Below, piece by piece: positions 20,914-30,970 of a DNA stretch of 64,000 bases. Under the pieces are notes generated by a model, which was given only the letters and a program-made list of their open reading frames with translations, searched no databases and was not told the origin of the DNA. The translations under genes and the position numbers were made by a program. The DNA is from Bdellovibrionales bacterium (GTDB lineage Bacteria > Bdellovibrionota > Bdellovibrionia > Bdellovibrionales > CAYMLA01), in the NCBI GenBank assembly GCA_965217115.1, contig OZ244239.1, positions 1,504,001 to 1,568,000 of the forward strand, given 5' to 3'. Position 1 is the first letter of the stretch; every line of letters starts with the position of its first letter.

Positions 20914-21501
20914 CTATTGAATAATTTTAAAGGGTGGAATTTTCTTTTCAGGAGATTTTTTGGATTTAGAAAAGAGATTGAGTGATTTTAAATGTCTCTC
21001 TTGTGGTTTTATCTTGTCTTGGGTCATCAGGGATGTTGTGTAGCCGAGCCGTCCATTATTAGGAGTTTCAGAGTAACTGTGTAGAAAAATTTGGTTATTT
21101 TTTTCTGAAGGAGACTGAATTTTTAGAGTCACAGTAAAGGACTCTCCATTTTTAATGGCTCCTAAGGTGTCACTTTTCTCCCCATCGACAACAGTGACGC
21201 CTTCAGGGAAAGACCACTGATAGTTAATATTTGGTAGGTTTCTACGGGCGACAATAGTGGCCCTCAATGAGATGATGCTCTGTTGTGAAGCGAGGGCTTC
21301 TGTGGAAATTTTATCTATTTTAATAAAAAGAGTTCCCCTTGCTTTGGCGTGTAGAAGGGTGTGTCTTTTTACAAAAGCAATAGTTCTTTTAATAGAGGAA
21401 GTTTTTACCCTATTATGGGAGATACTTCCATCCTCTTTGTTTACCGATGAGAGAGTGAATAAAGAAGTGAGAAAAGCGAGGGTCACCACTAATTTGGACA
21501 T
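20914..21501 (-). CDS. Exported hypothetical protein (Ig/NEW3-like beta domain possible)
   Basis: Signal-like N-terminus; WSFPEGVTVVDG...GAIKNGESFTVTL; overlaps stop of upstream lipoprotein. Confidence 0.65.
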   Translation of the reverse strand: MSKLVVTLAFLTSLFTLSSVNKEDGSISHNRVKTSSIKRTIAFVKRHTLLHAKARGTLFIKIDKISTEALASQQSIISLRATIVARRNLPNINYQWSFPEGVTVVDGEKSDTLGAIKNGESFTVTLKIQSPSEKNNQIFLHSYSETPNNGRLGYTTSLMTQDKIKPQERHLKSLNLFSKSKKSPEKKIPPFKIIQ

Positions 21502-23240
21502 AAACTACTCCCGTTAAGTTCTAAGGTGTAATTGGCGCCAGAGCCAATAGTGTCCTCGAAAATTTTAACATTGATCATATAAGTTCCTGCGGAAAGAGGT
21601 TCTAAGTTGATAACTTCGCTGCCATCTTCAGTTTCACCGACCCTAGCATCCTCATGTTCTGAGTCTCGATAACGGTCACTGCTCCCTGCAAGGCCCTCGT
21701 CGTTCTTATAATAGGTATACCCATCTCTGTAGAGAAAGAGATCTAAATCTGTGAGGTCGGTACCATCAACTTGTTCGTACTTAAGTGTGAGGGTTGACTC
21801 GTCGCCACTGAGAGTGAGTTCGTAGAAGTCATTGTCACTAAATTGATTGGATGACCCCAGCGACGACCCGGAAATATCAACTCTGGAACAAGATCCTCCC
21901 GTGGAGACAGGCTGTCCATAATCCTGGCGTGTGCCCCGTTGCTTTTCATTAATAAGAGCTGAAGCAATGTCATTGGTGCCGCCGTCTAGGTCGAGAAGAA
22001 AGCTATAAAAATAACCAGCATTGCGAAAATGAACATCGGAGGATTTAAATCCGTTGCTTGCACTTGTAAAAACACTCCAGAGTTCAGAAAAATCAAGAGT
22101 GACCTCTTCAGAACCATCATTGGAGCCATTTTCTCCATTGCCTGTAATGGGGTGGGGATCGATAAAATCCCAGAGAGTGCGTGTGACAGAAAACTCTCGA
22201 AAGTTTCCTTCTCCTAGAGTAGAGGGAATGTCGTTGTTAGGAGTTTCTAGGTTTTCGTAAAAGGCGTTAAAGATTGGACTTCCAGGGGCGCGATCGCTAT
22301 TACCTATTGTGTCTTGGTATACGGGGGTTCCTCTGATGGCGGCTTGAAAAAAACTGGCCCATCCCTCTCCCCATGCCAAACGGGGGTCAATAATGGAGTT
22401 TCCGCTGTGAGAACCACCAGGGGAGTCTGTGTCAGCAAACTTGTGTTCGATAAAATGTCCATATTCGTGGAGAATAATGGTGTTATCAAAATGATCTGTA
22501 TCAGAGTTATCAACATCGCCGTTCACTCCACCTAATATATACAGAGATTCTTTGGAGGGAATATAAAAACTAACGGGACCAACATTAAAATAGCTACCAG
22601 GATTGACTCCCTTGCTCCAATAGACAGTTACGTGGGGGGCGACAGTGAAGGGCGAGCAACCATAGCTTGCGCACTTAGCGGTTGTTATTTGTTGGCGTAA
22701 AAAATTATTGGCTTGCCAAATTTGCTCCATAATATTAAACGCTCCGCCTTTGACATCACCGGTTGCAGAGGCATTGATTGCTCCAAGATTAACATCGAAG
22801 CCAAAGATATTAAAGGATTTGTGTATATAATAGGAAACTTGATTTTCAGGGCTTTTTAATATGGAGACCTTTAGTTTTCCGTTATTAGCACGAGAAGAAA
22901 TCCGTATGGTGTAAGATGAGATATTGGGAGAGAGAAGAAAAGAAAAAGCGCCATTTTCATCTGTTTCAGAACATTGTATGGTTTTACCAGAAGAATCTAA
23001 AATACGGATTTCAGCATTACGAATGGGTTTGGGTGGTCCAGCTGCACCGAGGCCACTAGCTGAACTCTCCCTTGCCTGAAAAGTGGCAGACCCTGTTACA
23101 GTCACAGGGGAGATATAAGTTTTGATTGCTGAGCAATAGGGTTTTTCAAAGAGTGGTTCCTCAAATTCAGGTGGTTCAGCACAGCTGCTAAAAAGCATAA
23201 GTCCTGTGATGAGTAGAGAAAACTGTTTAATCAAGGTCAT
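21489..23240 (-). CDS. Lipoprotein zinc metallopeptidase with C-terminal PPC-like domain
   Basis: Lipobox LFSSC; ILHEYGH plus downstream WGEGWA; DLDLFLY...LSAGTYMINV. Confidence 0.78.
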   Translation of the reverse strand: MTLIKQFSLLITGLMLFSSCAEPPEFEEPLFEKPYCSAIKTYISPVTVTGSATFQARESSASGLGAAGPPKPIRNAEIRILDSSGKTIQCSETDENGAFSFLLSPNISSYTIRISSRANNGKLKVSILKSPENQVSYYIHKSFNIFGFDVNLGAINASATGDVKGGAFNIMEQIWQANNFLRQQITTAKCASYGCSPFTVAPHVTVYWSKGVNPGSYFNVGPVSFYIPSKESLYILGGVNGDVDNSDTDHFDNTIILHEYGHFIEHKFADTDSPGGSHSGNSIIDPRLAWGEGWASFFQAAIRGTPVYQDTIGNSDRAPGSPIFNAFYENLETPNNDIPSTLGEGNFREFSVTRTLWDFIDPHPITGNGENGSNDGSEEVTLDFSELWSVFTSASNGFKSSDVHFRNAGYFYSFLLDLDGGTNDIASALINEKQRGTRQDYGQPVSTGGSCSRVDISGSSLGSSNQFSDNDFYELTLSGDESTLTLKYEQVDGTDLTDLDLFLYRDGYTYYKNDEGLAGSSDRYRDSEHEDARVGETEDGSEVINLEPLSAGTYMINVKIFEDTIGSGANYTLELNGSSLCPN

Positions 23241-23367
23241 ACTTAATTCATCGGATAAATCAGTGGTTGCATTTAGATTTTTGAAGGGGAGGTTAGCTTT
23301 TTTTATTGATGATTTACTCTTAAATGTTATGACATGGGCTAAGGTCTTATTGCGCTTGGGTGAATTA

Positions 23368-23631
23368 ATGGAAATAGGGTTTAATTCGAATGTGGTGATT
23401 AAGGGAGAGGCTTATCATATCCAATCAGAGGATTGGGGAGAGTCTAGGGCCTTTTTAGTGAGCCAAATATTCAAATCAGGGGCCATTGTTAAAACAATAA
23501 AGGTTTCTTATTTAGAGGCTTTTGCGAAGTGTTTTCCAGGGGTGGTTCATTATGAGACAGAGTTGCTGAAAAAGGCTTTAAAGCATCAACATTCAGAAAT
23601 CTTGAAGAAGTTAATGGTTGGCAGATTGTAG
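23368..23631 (+). CDS. Small conserved hypothetical protein
   Basis: MEIGFNSNVVIKGEAYHIQSEDWG...KHQHSEIL; directly upstream of ftsE. Confidence 0.65.
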   Translation: MEIGFNSNVVIKGEAYHIQSEDWGESRAFLVSQIFKSGAIVKTIKVSYLEAFAKCFPGVVHYETELLKKALKHQHSEILKKLMVGRL

Positions 23632-23698
23632 CAGAGCCAAAGTCGAGTCTTGATGAGGAAGGTAGTCAAGTATCTATATAATGCCCTAAAATAAGAGA

Positions 23699-24361
23699 GT
23701 GCTAGAGTTTAAACATGTTTATAAAACTTATCCAGGGCCAGTTCATGCCTTGAGGAATATAGATATTTCTATAGATAAAGGTGAATTCGTTTTCTTAACA
23801 GGTCCGAGTGGATCAGGTAAAACCACATTATTTAGAATGTTATCAGCCTATGACCAACCAACATCTGGTCAAATCAATGTTGTAGGTTATAATCTAGCAA
23901 AACTTAAAGAGTCTCAAATTTGTTATTTTAGACGTAAAATTGGAGTGGTTTTCCAGGATTTTAAATTATTAAAAAATAGAACTTTATTTGAGAATGTCGC
24001 TTTGCCACTAGAAATTTTGGGAGAGCGTTCACAAAATATTGATAAAAAATGTCGAGAGGTTTTAGATCAAGTGGGTTTGGGTTTTAAAAGAGATCATTAC
24101 CCAGAACAAGTGTCAGGGGGGGAACAACAAAGAACGGCTATTGCCAGAGCCTTAGTTCATCAACCAAGCTTGATTATTGCTGATGAGCCAACAGGTAATC
24201 TTGATTCCGAATTGAGTGAGGAGATTATTAATCTTTTTGATCGAGCTAACTCCCGTGGAACAACAGTTTTTATAGCAAGCCATGATCATAATCTGGTCGA
24301 ACGACATGCACGTCGGCGATTAGATTTGCAGAGCGGTTGTGTTGCTGCGGATATCTGTTAA
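23699..24361 (+). CDS. ftsE: Cell division ATP-binding protein FtsE
   Basis: GPSGSGKTT, RRKIGVVFQDFKLL, SGGEQQR, ADEPTGNLD. Confidence 0.96.
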   Translation: MLEFKHVYKTYPGPVHALRNIDISIDKGEFVFLTGPSGSGKTTLFRMLSAYDQPTSGQINVVGYNLAKLKESQICYFRRKIGVVFQDFKLLKNRTLFENVALPLEILGERSQNIDKKCREVLDQVGLGFKRDHYPEQVSGGEQQRTAIARALVHQPSLIIADEPTGNLDSELSEEIINLFDRANSRGTTVFIASHDHNLVERHARRRLDLQSGCVAADIC

Positions 24362-24373
24362 GGGAATGCCTAG

Positions 24374-25297
24374 ATGAAGAGTAGCGTAAAAAATTTAAAA
24401 CGAACATGGGCAAATAACACAGGCATTCATGTGGCGACGTTGTCGGTATTCTCTCTTACATTAGTTGTTATTTGTGGGTTTCTTCTGATTTTTAAAAACA
24501 CTTCTCGTCTTATTGAAGTTTGGGGAGATAGCCAACAGTTAAGTGTTTATTTTTATCCAGAGGCGAAAAAAGAAGAGGTAGAAAAATTTGTTAAGAGTTT
24601 GAAAAGCCAAAAAGAAGTTAAAAGCTATCAGGTTGTAAGCAAGAAAAAGGCTATGGCAGTTTTTCAAAAGCAATTGAGAGGTATGAACTCAAAACTATTA
24701 GATGACAAAGAGATTGGATTGGCTGTTCCAACAACGGTATTAGTTTCTTTGCAAGGTGAAGGAATAGACGTCGGTAATTTATCGGCATTCACGGAGTTAA
24801 GAAAAATATTTAAAAAACAAAAAGGCGTGGAAGAAGTAAGCTTTGGGCATGAGTGGATAGAGAGATATATTGCTTTTCTTAAAATACTGAAAATAGGTGG
24901 TTGGTCGCTGATTGGCCTTCTCTTTGTTGTGGGGATTTTTGTTATTAGCAACTCAATTCGTGTTTCAGTAAATGCTCGTCGTGAGGACATTGAAATTATG
25001 GAGCTTGTTGGTAGCACTCAAAGCATGATTCGTCGTCCTTTTGTTGCGGAGGGTGCGAGTTTAGGTTTTTTAGGAGGAGTGGTAGGTGTTTTATTTACTT
25101 ATGCAGGCTATAGCTGGCTGGTAAAATTAATGGTAAATAGAGAGAGTTTCTCACAAATAACACCTTATATGTCTTTCTTATCTGTGACAGTGGTTTTATA
25201 TTGTCTTTTAATGGCCACATTTACAGGCGCGTTGGCATCTTATCTTTGTGTACGCAAAGTTAATGATGGTTGGGCAGCACGAGGTCGGCGAGCATGA
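24374..25297 (+). CDS. ftsX: Cell division permease FtsX
   Basis: ISNSIRVSVNARREDIEIMELVG...IRRPFVAEG. Confidence 0.93.
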   Translation: MKSSVKNLKRTWANNTGIHVATLSVFSLTLVVICGFLLIFKNTSRLIEVWGDSQQLSVYFYPEAKKEEVEKFVKSLKSQKEVKSYQVVSKKKAMAVFQKQLRGMNSKLLDDKEIGLAVPTTVLVSLQGEGIDVGNLSAFTELRKIFKKQKGVEEVSFGHEWIERYIAFLKILKIGGWSLIGLLFVVGIFVISNSIRVSVNARREDIEIMELVGSTQSMIRRPFVAEGASLGFLGGVVGVLFTYAGYSWLVKLMVNRESFSQITPYMSFLSVTVVLYCLLMATFTGALASYLCVRKVNDGWAARGRRA

Positions 25298-26463
25298 GGA
25301 TAATTTTATTAAAACCTCTCTCTATAACCGTATTTCTTTTTTTATTTCTAGGGTTCTCTTTTACAGAGGGAAATAATCGTGAGTCCAGAAAAGAAAAAAT
25401 TGGGAAAAAATATTATAAAACAAAGGAACATTTAAATAAATCGGAAGGGCTAAGACGTCAAATTTTAAGCCGACTATACGACCTTAATAAAAACATGAAA
25501 AAAGTTGAAAAAGAAAAAACAAATTTGAAGAAGAATCAACTAAGCGTAAAAATTCGAATAAATGATTTAAAAAGAAAAATTTGGAATAAAGAAAATGAAG
25601 TGCTTGAACAAAAAAAGAGAATACGGCGCAAAATGAATCTTATATATAGATTGGGAGGAAGTGGGTATTTCGGCGTGTTTTTTTCTGACATGACGATTTC
25701 CGAGAGAGAAATTAATTTAAAAATTTTATCGAATTTAACCCATTTAGATTTAAAGTTGATAAAACATTATCAAAAGAACTTAGCTATTTTGGAGCGGAAT
25801 AGAGCAGTGTTAGTTAAGCAAGGTATTTATTTAAAAAAAATAGTCTCTCAGTTACGAGGAAAAGAGGGGTCGTTAAAAAAAGTTTTTTATAAAAAAACCG
25901 TATTAATTCGTCAATTGAAGAAAGAGAGAAAAATTCAGTTAAAAAAACTTTTTAAATTACGTCATCGAGCTGAGAATCGTTATATTGAGAATTTATTAAA
26001 ACCGTCTATTTATGAGAGAAAGGGGAATTTGAATTGGCCTATAAAAGGCATCGTTTTGAGGGAGTCCGGCTTTATAAAGACAGAAGGGGTTGTCTTAAAT
26101 CATAAAGGGGTTTTCTTTTTAGCGCCAAGGGGAACGGCTGTTAAAAGTATTTTTCAAGGGAAGGTCTCCTACACTGGAGTGCGTCCAGGTTATGGAAAGT
26201 TAGTGATTGTAGATCATGGAGATCATTATTATTCAATTTATGCTCATAATAACAAAATTAGAGTGAGAGTTGGACAAGAGGTTAAGGCACAAGATGTATT
26301 GGCTACCTCTGGTGAGAGCAAGAATTTTATTCTCAATAAACTAGAAGAGGGATTGTATTTTGAAATTCGTCATTTCTCTGAAGCGAATGATCCTCTTGTG
26401 TGGCTAAAGAAAAAAAATAGATTACATATATCATCATCTCGATTAGAAGGGGAGTCTTTGTGA
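25294..26463 (+). CDS. envC: EnvC-like murein hydrolase activator (coiled coil plus degenerate M23)
   Basis: LNWPIKG, GYGKLVIVDHG, YSIYAH, LYFEIR; follows ftsEX. Confidence 0.85.
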   Translation: MRIILLKPLSITVFLFLFLGFSFTEGNNRESRKEKIGKKYYKTKEHLNKSEGLRRQILSRLYDLNKNMKKVEKEKTNLKKNQLSVKIRINDLKRKIWNKENEVLEQKKRIRRKMNLIYRLGGSGYFGVFFSDMTISEREINLKILSNLTHLDLKLIKHYQKNLAILERNRAVLVKQGIYLKKIVSQLRGKEGSLKKVFYKKTVLIRQLKKERKIQLKKLFKLRHRAENRYIENLLKPSIYERKGNLNWPIKGIVLRESGFIKTEGVVLNHKGVFFLAPRGTAVKSIFQGKVSYTGVRPGYGKLVIVDHGDHYYSIYAHNNKIRVRVGQEVKAQDVLATSGESKNFILNKLEEGLYFEIRHFSEANDPLVWLKKKNRLHISSSRLEGESL

Positions 26464-27824
26464 AGAAAAGAAAATCAATATTTATGGTGTGCAGTATTGT
26501 GATGAGTGTCTTTCTTATCCTTCAGGGATATCCTCAAAAATGGGCGCAAGCGACAGAGGGGCATTATAAAGAATTGCAAAAATTTGCTAGAATTCTTAAT
26601 TTGATTAAGCAGTATTATGTTGATGAGGTGAGCACTAAAAAGCTTATTTCTGGTGGTATTAATGGCATGCTTAATGAGCTAGATCCTCACACTAACTTTT
26701 TGCGACCAGAGGTGTTTAAAGAGTTTGAGAAGGAAACTTCTGGCAGATTTGGTGGGTTAGGTATAGAAATTTCTATTCAAAAAGGTTTTTTAAAAGTGAT
26801 TTCAGCAATAGAGGACACTCCAGCGTGGAAAGCAGGAATTGAAGCTGGCGATCGTATTATTTCGGTTAATGGAAAAGAAACAGAGGATTTAAGTTTAGTG
26901 GAAGCGGCTCAGTTAATGAGAGGAAAATTAGGAACAAAAGTTAAATTAAAGATTGCTCGCAAAGGAGAGGAGAATTTTTTAAATTTTACGATTAAGAGGG
27001 CGGAAGTTAAAGTGCGCTCGGTAAAGTATGTGAATTTAGATGATGGTTATGCATATATACGTTTGACGAGCTTTATTGAAAATTCGGCAAGGGATTTTAA
27101 AAAAACAATTGAAAAACATGAAAAATCGAGAAAGGACAAAAAAATTAAGGGATTAATTATTGATCTACGTCGAAATCCAGGGGGCTTGCTAACCCAAGCG
27201 GTGAAGCTGAGTGATTTCTTTTTGGAAAAAGGGATCATTGTAAGCACGATTGGTCGGGATAGAAAAGAAAAAGAAATTATTTATGCAACTAAAAAGGGAA
27301 CACGAACTGATTTTCCTGTGATTGTTATTGTGAATGAGTACTCTGCAAGTGCAAGTGAGATATTAGCAGGAGCTCTACAGGATAATAAAAGAGCAATTGT
27401 TATGGGTCGACGCAGTTTTGGTAAGGGATCAGTGCAGTCGGTTATAAAACTAAAAGATGGATCAGGTCTTAAAATGACTGTGGCACGATATTACACTCCT
27501 AGTGGTCGTTCCATTCAAGCGCAAGGGATCGTGCCTGATATTGTCTTAGATAAAATTGATCCAGAGGCTTTTGAGAAGGCGATTGTTCAGAGACGTTCCC
27601 GTCGTGAAAAAGATATTTCCAAGCATTTAAAAGCAGAAAAATTAAAAAAAATTAGTAAAAAAGAAGATGCCTCCCGTTCTTTTTATTATTGGATGAAGCA
27701 ATCGGCCACAAGCAAAGGAAAGAGTTCAGCTAAAATTCGTTTGTTATCTAAGGATTTTGAGGTGGTTCAGGCGTTGAATTATATTAAAACATGGCGTTTG
27801 ATGAAAACGTTGGAAAAATTATGA
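26460..27824 (+). CDS. ctpA: S41 carboxyl-terminal processing protease
   Basis: GLGIE PDZ motif, DLRRNPGG, SASASEI, FGKGSVQ, YYTPSG. Confidence 0.93.
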   Translation: MKKRKSIFMVCSIVMSVFLILQGYPQKWAQATEGHYKELQKFARILNLIKQYYVDEVSTKKLISGGINGMLNELDPHTNFLRPEVFKEFEKETSGRFGGLGIEISIQKGFLKVISAIEDTPAWKAGIEAGDRIISVNGKETEDLSLVEAAQLMRGKLGTKVKLKIARKGEENFLNFTIKRAEVKVRSVKYVNLDDGYAYIRLTSFIENSARDFKKTIEKHEKSRKDKKIKGLIIDLRRNPGGLLTQAVKLSDFFLEKGIIVSTIGRDRKEKEIIYATKKGTRTDFPVIVIVNEYSASASEILAGALQDNKRAIVMGRRSFGKGSVQSVIKLKDGSGLKMTVARYYTPSGRSIQAQGIVPDIVLDKIDPEAFEKAIVQRRSRREKDISKHLKAEKLKKISKKEDASRSFYYWMKQSATSKGKSSAKIRLLSKDFEVVQALNYIKTWRLMKTLEKL

Positions 27825-28216
27825 GTTCGGTGTTCACTCAAATAATAAATGGAAAAATACCTTGTTATAAAATTTTTGAAAATGAGAGTGTGTTTGCCTT
27901 TTTGGCTTTGGATCAGATTCAACTGGGACATACTTTGGTTGTACCGAAAAAAGAAATAGATCATTTCTCTGATGTGCCAGAGCCTTATTACTCAGAGATT
28001 TTTAAAATTTCCAAGGTATTATCTGTTGCTATTAAAAAAGCATCTGGCTGTGTGCGTGTGGGAAGTTTATTCGCGGGTTTTGAAGTCGCCCATTGTCATT
28101 ATCATCTGGTTCCTTTGTGGAAAGAATCTGACATGAGTTTTACAAATGCTAGTCAAAGACCAATGGATGAGATGAAATTGATTCAGAAAAAAATTATCGA
28201 ATATTTAACTTTTTAA
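27821..28216 (+). CDS. HIT-family hydrolase
   Basis: GHTLVVPK; histidine triad HCHYHLVP. Confidence 0.93.
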   Translation: MSSVFTQIINGKIPCYKIFENESVFAFLALDQIQLGHTLVVPKKEIDHFSDVPEPYYSEIFKISKVLSVAIKKASGCVRVGSLFAGFEVAHCHYHLVPLWKESDMSFTNASQRPMDEMKLIQKKIIEYLTF

Positions 28217-28935
28217 ATGATGGAGTTTTTTCGTCCTTTATACATAAAGGCAATGCCCATACTTAAGGAGCGGTATTGGGTGTCTTCAAATGCTTGTGTG
28301 GACTCCATAAGTCGAAGAAACTCTTCGCGACATGGGAAGAGGGCTGAAGACTTTTGCAAGTACTCATAGGCTGTTGGATTGCCTGTGACCCAACCTCCAA
28401 TTTTGGGCAAAACCTTTTCGGCATAGAAATTATAGGCAGGACCGATAATGGGCCAGTCGATGGAACCAAATTCAAGAATCATAACGAGTCCACCTGGCTT
28501 GGTTACGCGGGCAAGTTCAGAAAGGCCTCTGTGTCTATTTTCTACGTTACGAATACCAAAGGAAATGCTGGAGATATCAAATGAATTATCGTTATATGGC
28601 AATTGAGTGACATCAGCTTGTTTGAATTGAATATCCATGCCCTGGTTTCTGGCTTTTTCAGGAGCGGGGACCAGCATTTCAGCGCAAAAATCAGTGCCAA
28701 TAACAGCGCCAGACTGTCCAACGACTTTTTTAAAGGCGATGGCGAGATCTCCAGTTCCTGTAGCGCAGTCTAGGACGGAGTCTCCTTCCCGTGCGCCACT
28801 CCATTTAACCAATTGTGAGCGCCATAGGTGATGAACGCCCAGGGATAAAACGGAGTTGGCTCGATCATACTGTGAGGCAATGGAGCCAAACATTTGGCGA
28901 ATGGTCTCTGATTTAGGAGTATTTTGATTATTCAT
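28213..28935 (-). CDS. menG: Demethylmenaquinone methyltransferase
   Basis: YDRANSVLSLGVHHLWR, LDCATGTGD, SFGIRNV. Confidence 0.93.
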   Translation of the reverse strand: MNNQNTPKSETIRQMFGSIASQYDRANSVLSLGVHHLWRSQLVKWSGAREGDSVLDCATGTGDLAIAFKKVVGQSGAVIGTDFCAEMLVPAPEKARNQGMDIQFKQADVTQLPYNDNSFDISSISFGIRNVENRHRGLSELARVTKPGGLVMILEFGSIDWPIIGPAYNFYAEKVLPKIGGWVTGNPTAYEYLQKSSALFPCREEFLRLMESTQAFEDTQYRSLSMGIAFMYKGRKNSII

Positions 28936-29729
28936 TATGGATTCCGAGCTAAAGTGTGATCAAGAGCCTGTAGGACTTTTTCAAGAGAGTTGATCATACC
29001 ATGAAAACAAGAGGGGGTTAGGGCTTGAAAGCCGTCAGAGAGAGCTTTTTCTGGTTCGTTATGAACTTCTACAATCAAACCATCTGCTCCTACCGCGGCA
29101 GAGGCAATGGCTAATTGGGGAATAAGTTCCCGTATTCCTACGGCATGGGATGGGTCCACGATAATAGGGTAGTGGGTATTGGCTTTGACGTAGGCCACGG
29201 CCCCTAGATCCAGAGTGTTACGGGTTTTATTATCAAAGGAGCGAATGCCTCGTTCACAGAGAATAACTTGGGATTTCCCTTCGTTTTCAATGTATTGGGC
29301 AGCCATCAGCCATTCATCAATCATGGCTGAAAAGCCTCGTTTGAGCATGACGGGCTTGCCCACTTTTCCCAACTCTTTGAGTAGAGAGTAATTGTACATA
29401 TTGCGTGATCCTACTTGAAAAATATCAACGAGAGGGGACATTTCGGAAATTTGCCTCGGGTCAGTGACTTCAGAGATAAAAGGCATTTGAGTTTCTTCCT
29501 TAACCTTTTTTATGATGGAAAAGGCTTCTTTCCCCAGTCCTTGAAAAGATTCGGGGTTGGTGCGCATTTTAAAAACACCACCACGCAGAATCGTGGCACC
29601 AGCATTTTTTACGGAGGAAGCAATGGATGAGAGTTGGGCATGGGACTCAACTGAGCATGGACCAGCCATAACGACAAAAGGCGAAGAACCTATCTCTAAG
29701 TTTTGAACTTTAACTGTTTGAGTTTTCAT
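28935..29729 (-). CDS. aroF: DAHP synthase, class I-beta, no regulatory domain
   Basis: [34 protein letters not shown]. Confidence 0.92.
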   Translation of the reverse strand: MKTQTVKVQNLEIGSSPFVVMAGPCSVESHAQLSSIASSVKNAGATILRGGVFKMRTNPESFQGLGKEAFSIIKKVKEETQMPFISEVTDPRQISEMSPLVDIFQVGSRNMYNYSLLKELGKVGKPVMLKRGFSAMIDEWLMAAQYIENEGKSQVILCERGIRSFDNKTRNTLDLGAVAYVKANTHYPIIVDPSHAVGIRELIPQLAIASAAVGADGLIVEVHNEPEKALSDGFQALTPSCFHGMINSLEKVLQALDHTLARNP

Positions 29730-29848
29730 ATCAAGCCCTGATGTCCCTCATTGATACAGAGAAGAAATATCGCATGATTACCTTGTCTTTTTAAGCAAAA
29801 AAACGTTAAAAACAAAGAATTGAGGATATTGCCAAAAAGGACGCTGCG

Positions 29849-30970
29849 ATGCAGGACATTATGGACGTTTTTCTCCAACAAGGCGCTTTGTTGGCTGGCG
29901 AAGGAGATTCTCTATGGCTTGGTGTCGGTGATAGGGGTGAAGATTATAAAACAGCCGAAGGCAGTGCAGCTTTTTTTCTTGTGAAAGATTTTTTTGATCT
30001 TGAACACTCGCGAAAATTTTATCCACGGCAGGTTCTTGAGATAAAAAAAAGCGATTTTTTAAGGGAATTGAAGAAATACGGAAAAGAACAGGGTTGGACT
30101 TCCTCCTACGTGTTTTATGATGAAGCTACAAAATCTGATTTTCAAGAGCCTTTGAAAAAAGATTTTCAACGTGATTTTGATAAAATCCAACAAGCTATTG
30201 AACGTGGTGAATTAGAGAAAGCGGTTCCTGTTGTGTGGGAGAGGTTTTTTTATGATTTTGATGGGCATGGAGTTTGGAGACTGCTTGTCCGGTTACTTGA
30301 AAATTCCCATGAGAATTTGATTCCCTATGGGCATTGGCAATTGGTGAAAAAAAAGAGCGAAGGGATGCTAGGAGCAACTCCTGAAGTCTTGTTCCAATCT
30401 CAAGATGAAAAAACTTTTCAAACAATGGCTTTGGCGGGAACTCGATTGGATGATGAAGAGGAGGAGATTCCTTTTGAGCAAGACCCTAAGGAGTTAGAAG
30501 AACATAGATATGTGGTTTCCTTCTTAAAAGAACGGTTAAAAATGTTAGCAGAGAGAGTTGAAATAGGGCAGACGGGAGTATTACCTCTTTCGGGTTTACG
30601 GCATTTGTGCACTCCAATGGAATTTTCCTTCCTTGAAGAGAAGAGAGATGCATGGTCTTTGATTGAGTATTTAATAAATCATTTACATCCGACACCTGCT
30701 TTAGGTGTATCATCAAAAAAATGGGATTGGCAGTGGTTAAAAAAACTTTCACATCAACGGGAGCGAAGAGAGTTTGGAGCGCCTTTTGGTTTTTACGATG
30801 GTCGGGAAAAAATGAAAGTCGTTGTTAGTATTCGAAATATTATGTGGCAAGGAAGTCAGGGTGTGTTGGGTTCTGGGTGTGGAATAGTTAAAGGCAGTCA
30901 GATGAATAAGGAGTGGAGTGAACTTTTTGGTAAGAGGCGGTCTGTTAAAAGGCTTTTTAGTATAATATGA
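29849..30970 (+). CDS. menF: Isochorismate synthase
   Basis: GATPEVL, TMALAGT, KELEEH, LHPTPALG, GCGIVKGS. Confidence 0.9.
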   Translation: MQDIMDVFLQQGALLAGEGDSLWLGVGDRGEDYKTAEGSAAFFLVKDFFDLEHSRKFYPRQVLEIKKSDFLRELKKYGKEQGWTSSYVFYDEATKSDFQEPLKKDFQRDFDKIQQAIERGELEKAVPVVWERFFYDFDGHGVWRLLVRLLENSHENLIPYGHWQLVKKKSEGMLGATPEVLFQSQDEKTFQTMALAGTRLDDEEEEIPFEQDPKELEEHRYVVSFLKERLKMLAERVEIGQTGVLPLSGLRHLCTPMEFSFLEEKRDAWSLIEYLINHLHPTPALGVSSKKWDWQWLKKLSHQRERREFGAPFGFYDGREKMKVVVSIRNIMWQGSQGVLGSGCGIVKGSQMNKEWSELFGKRRSVKRLFSII

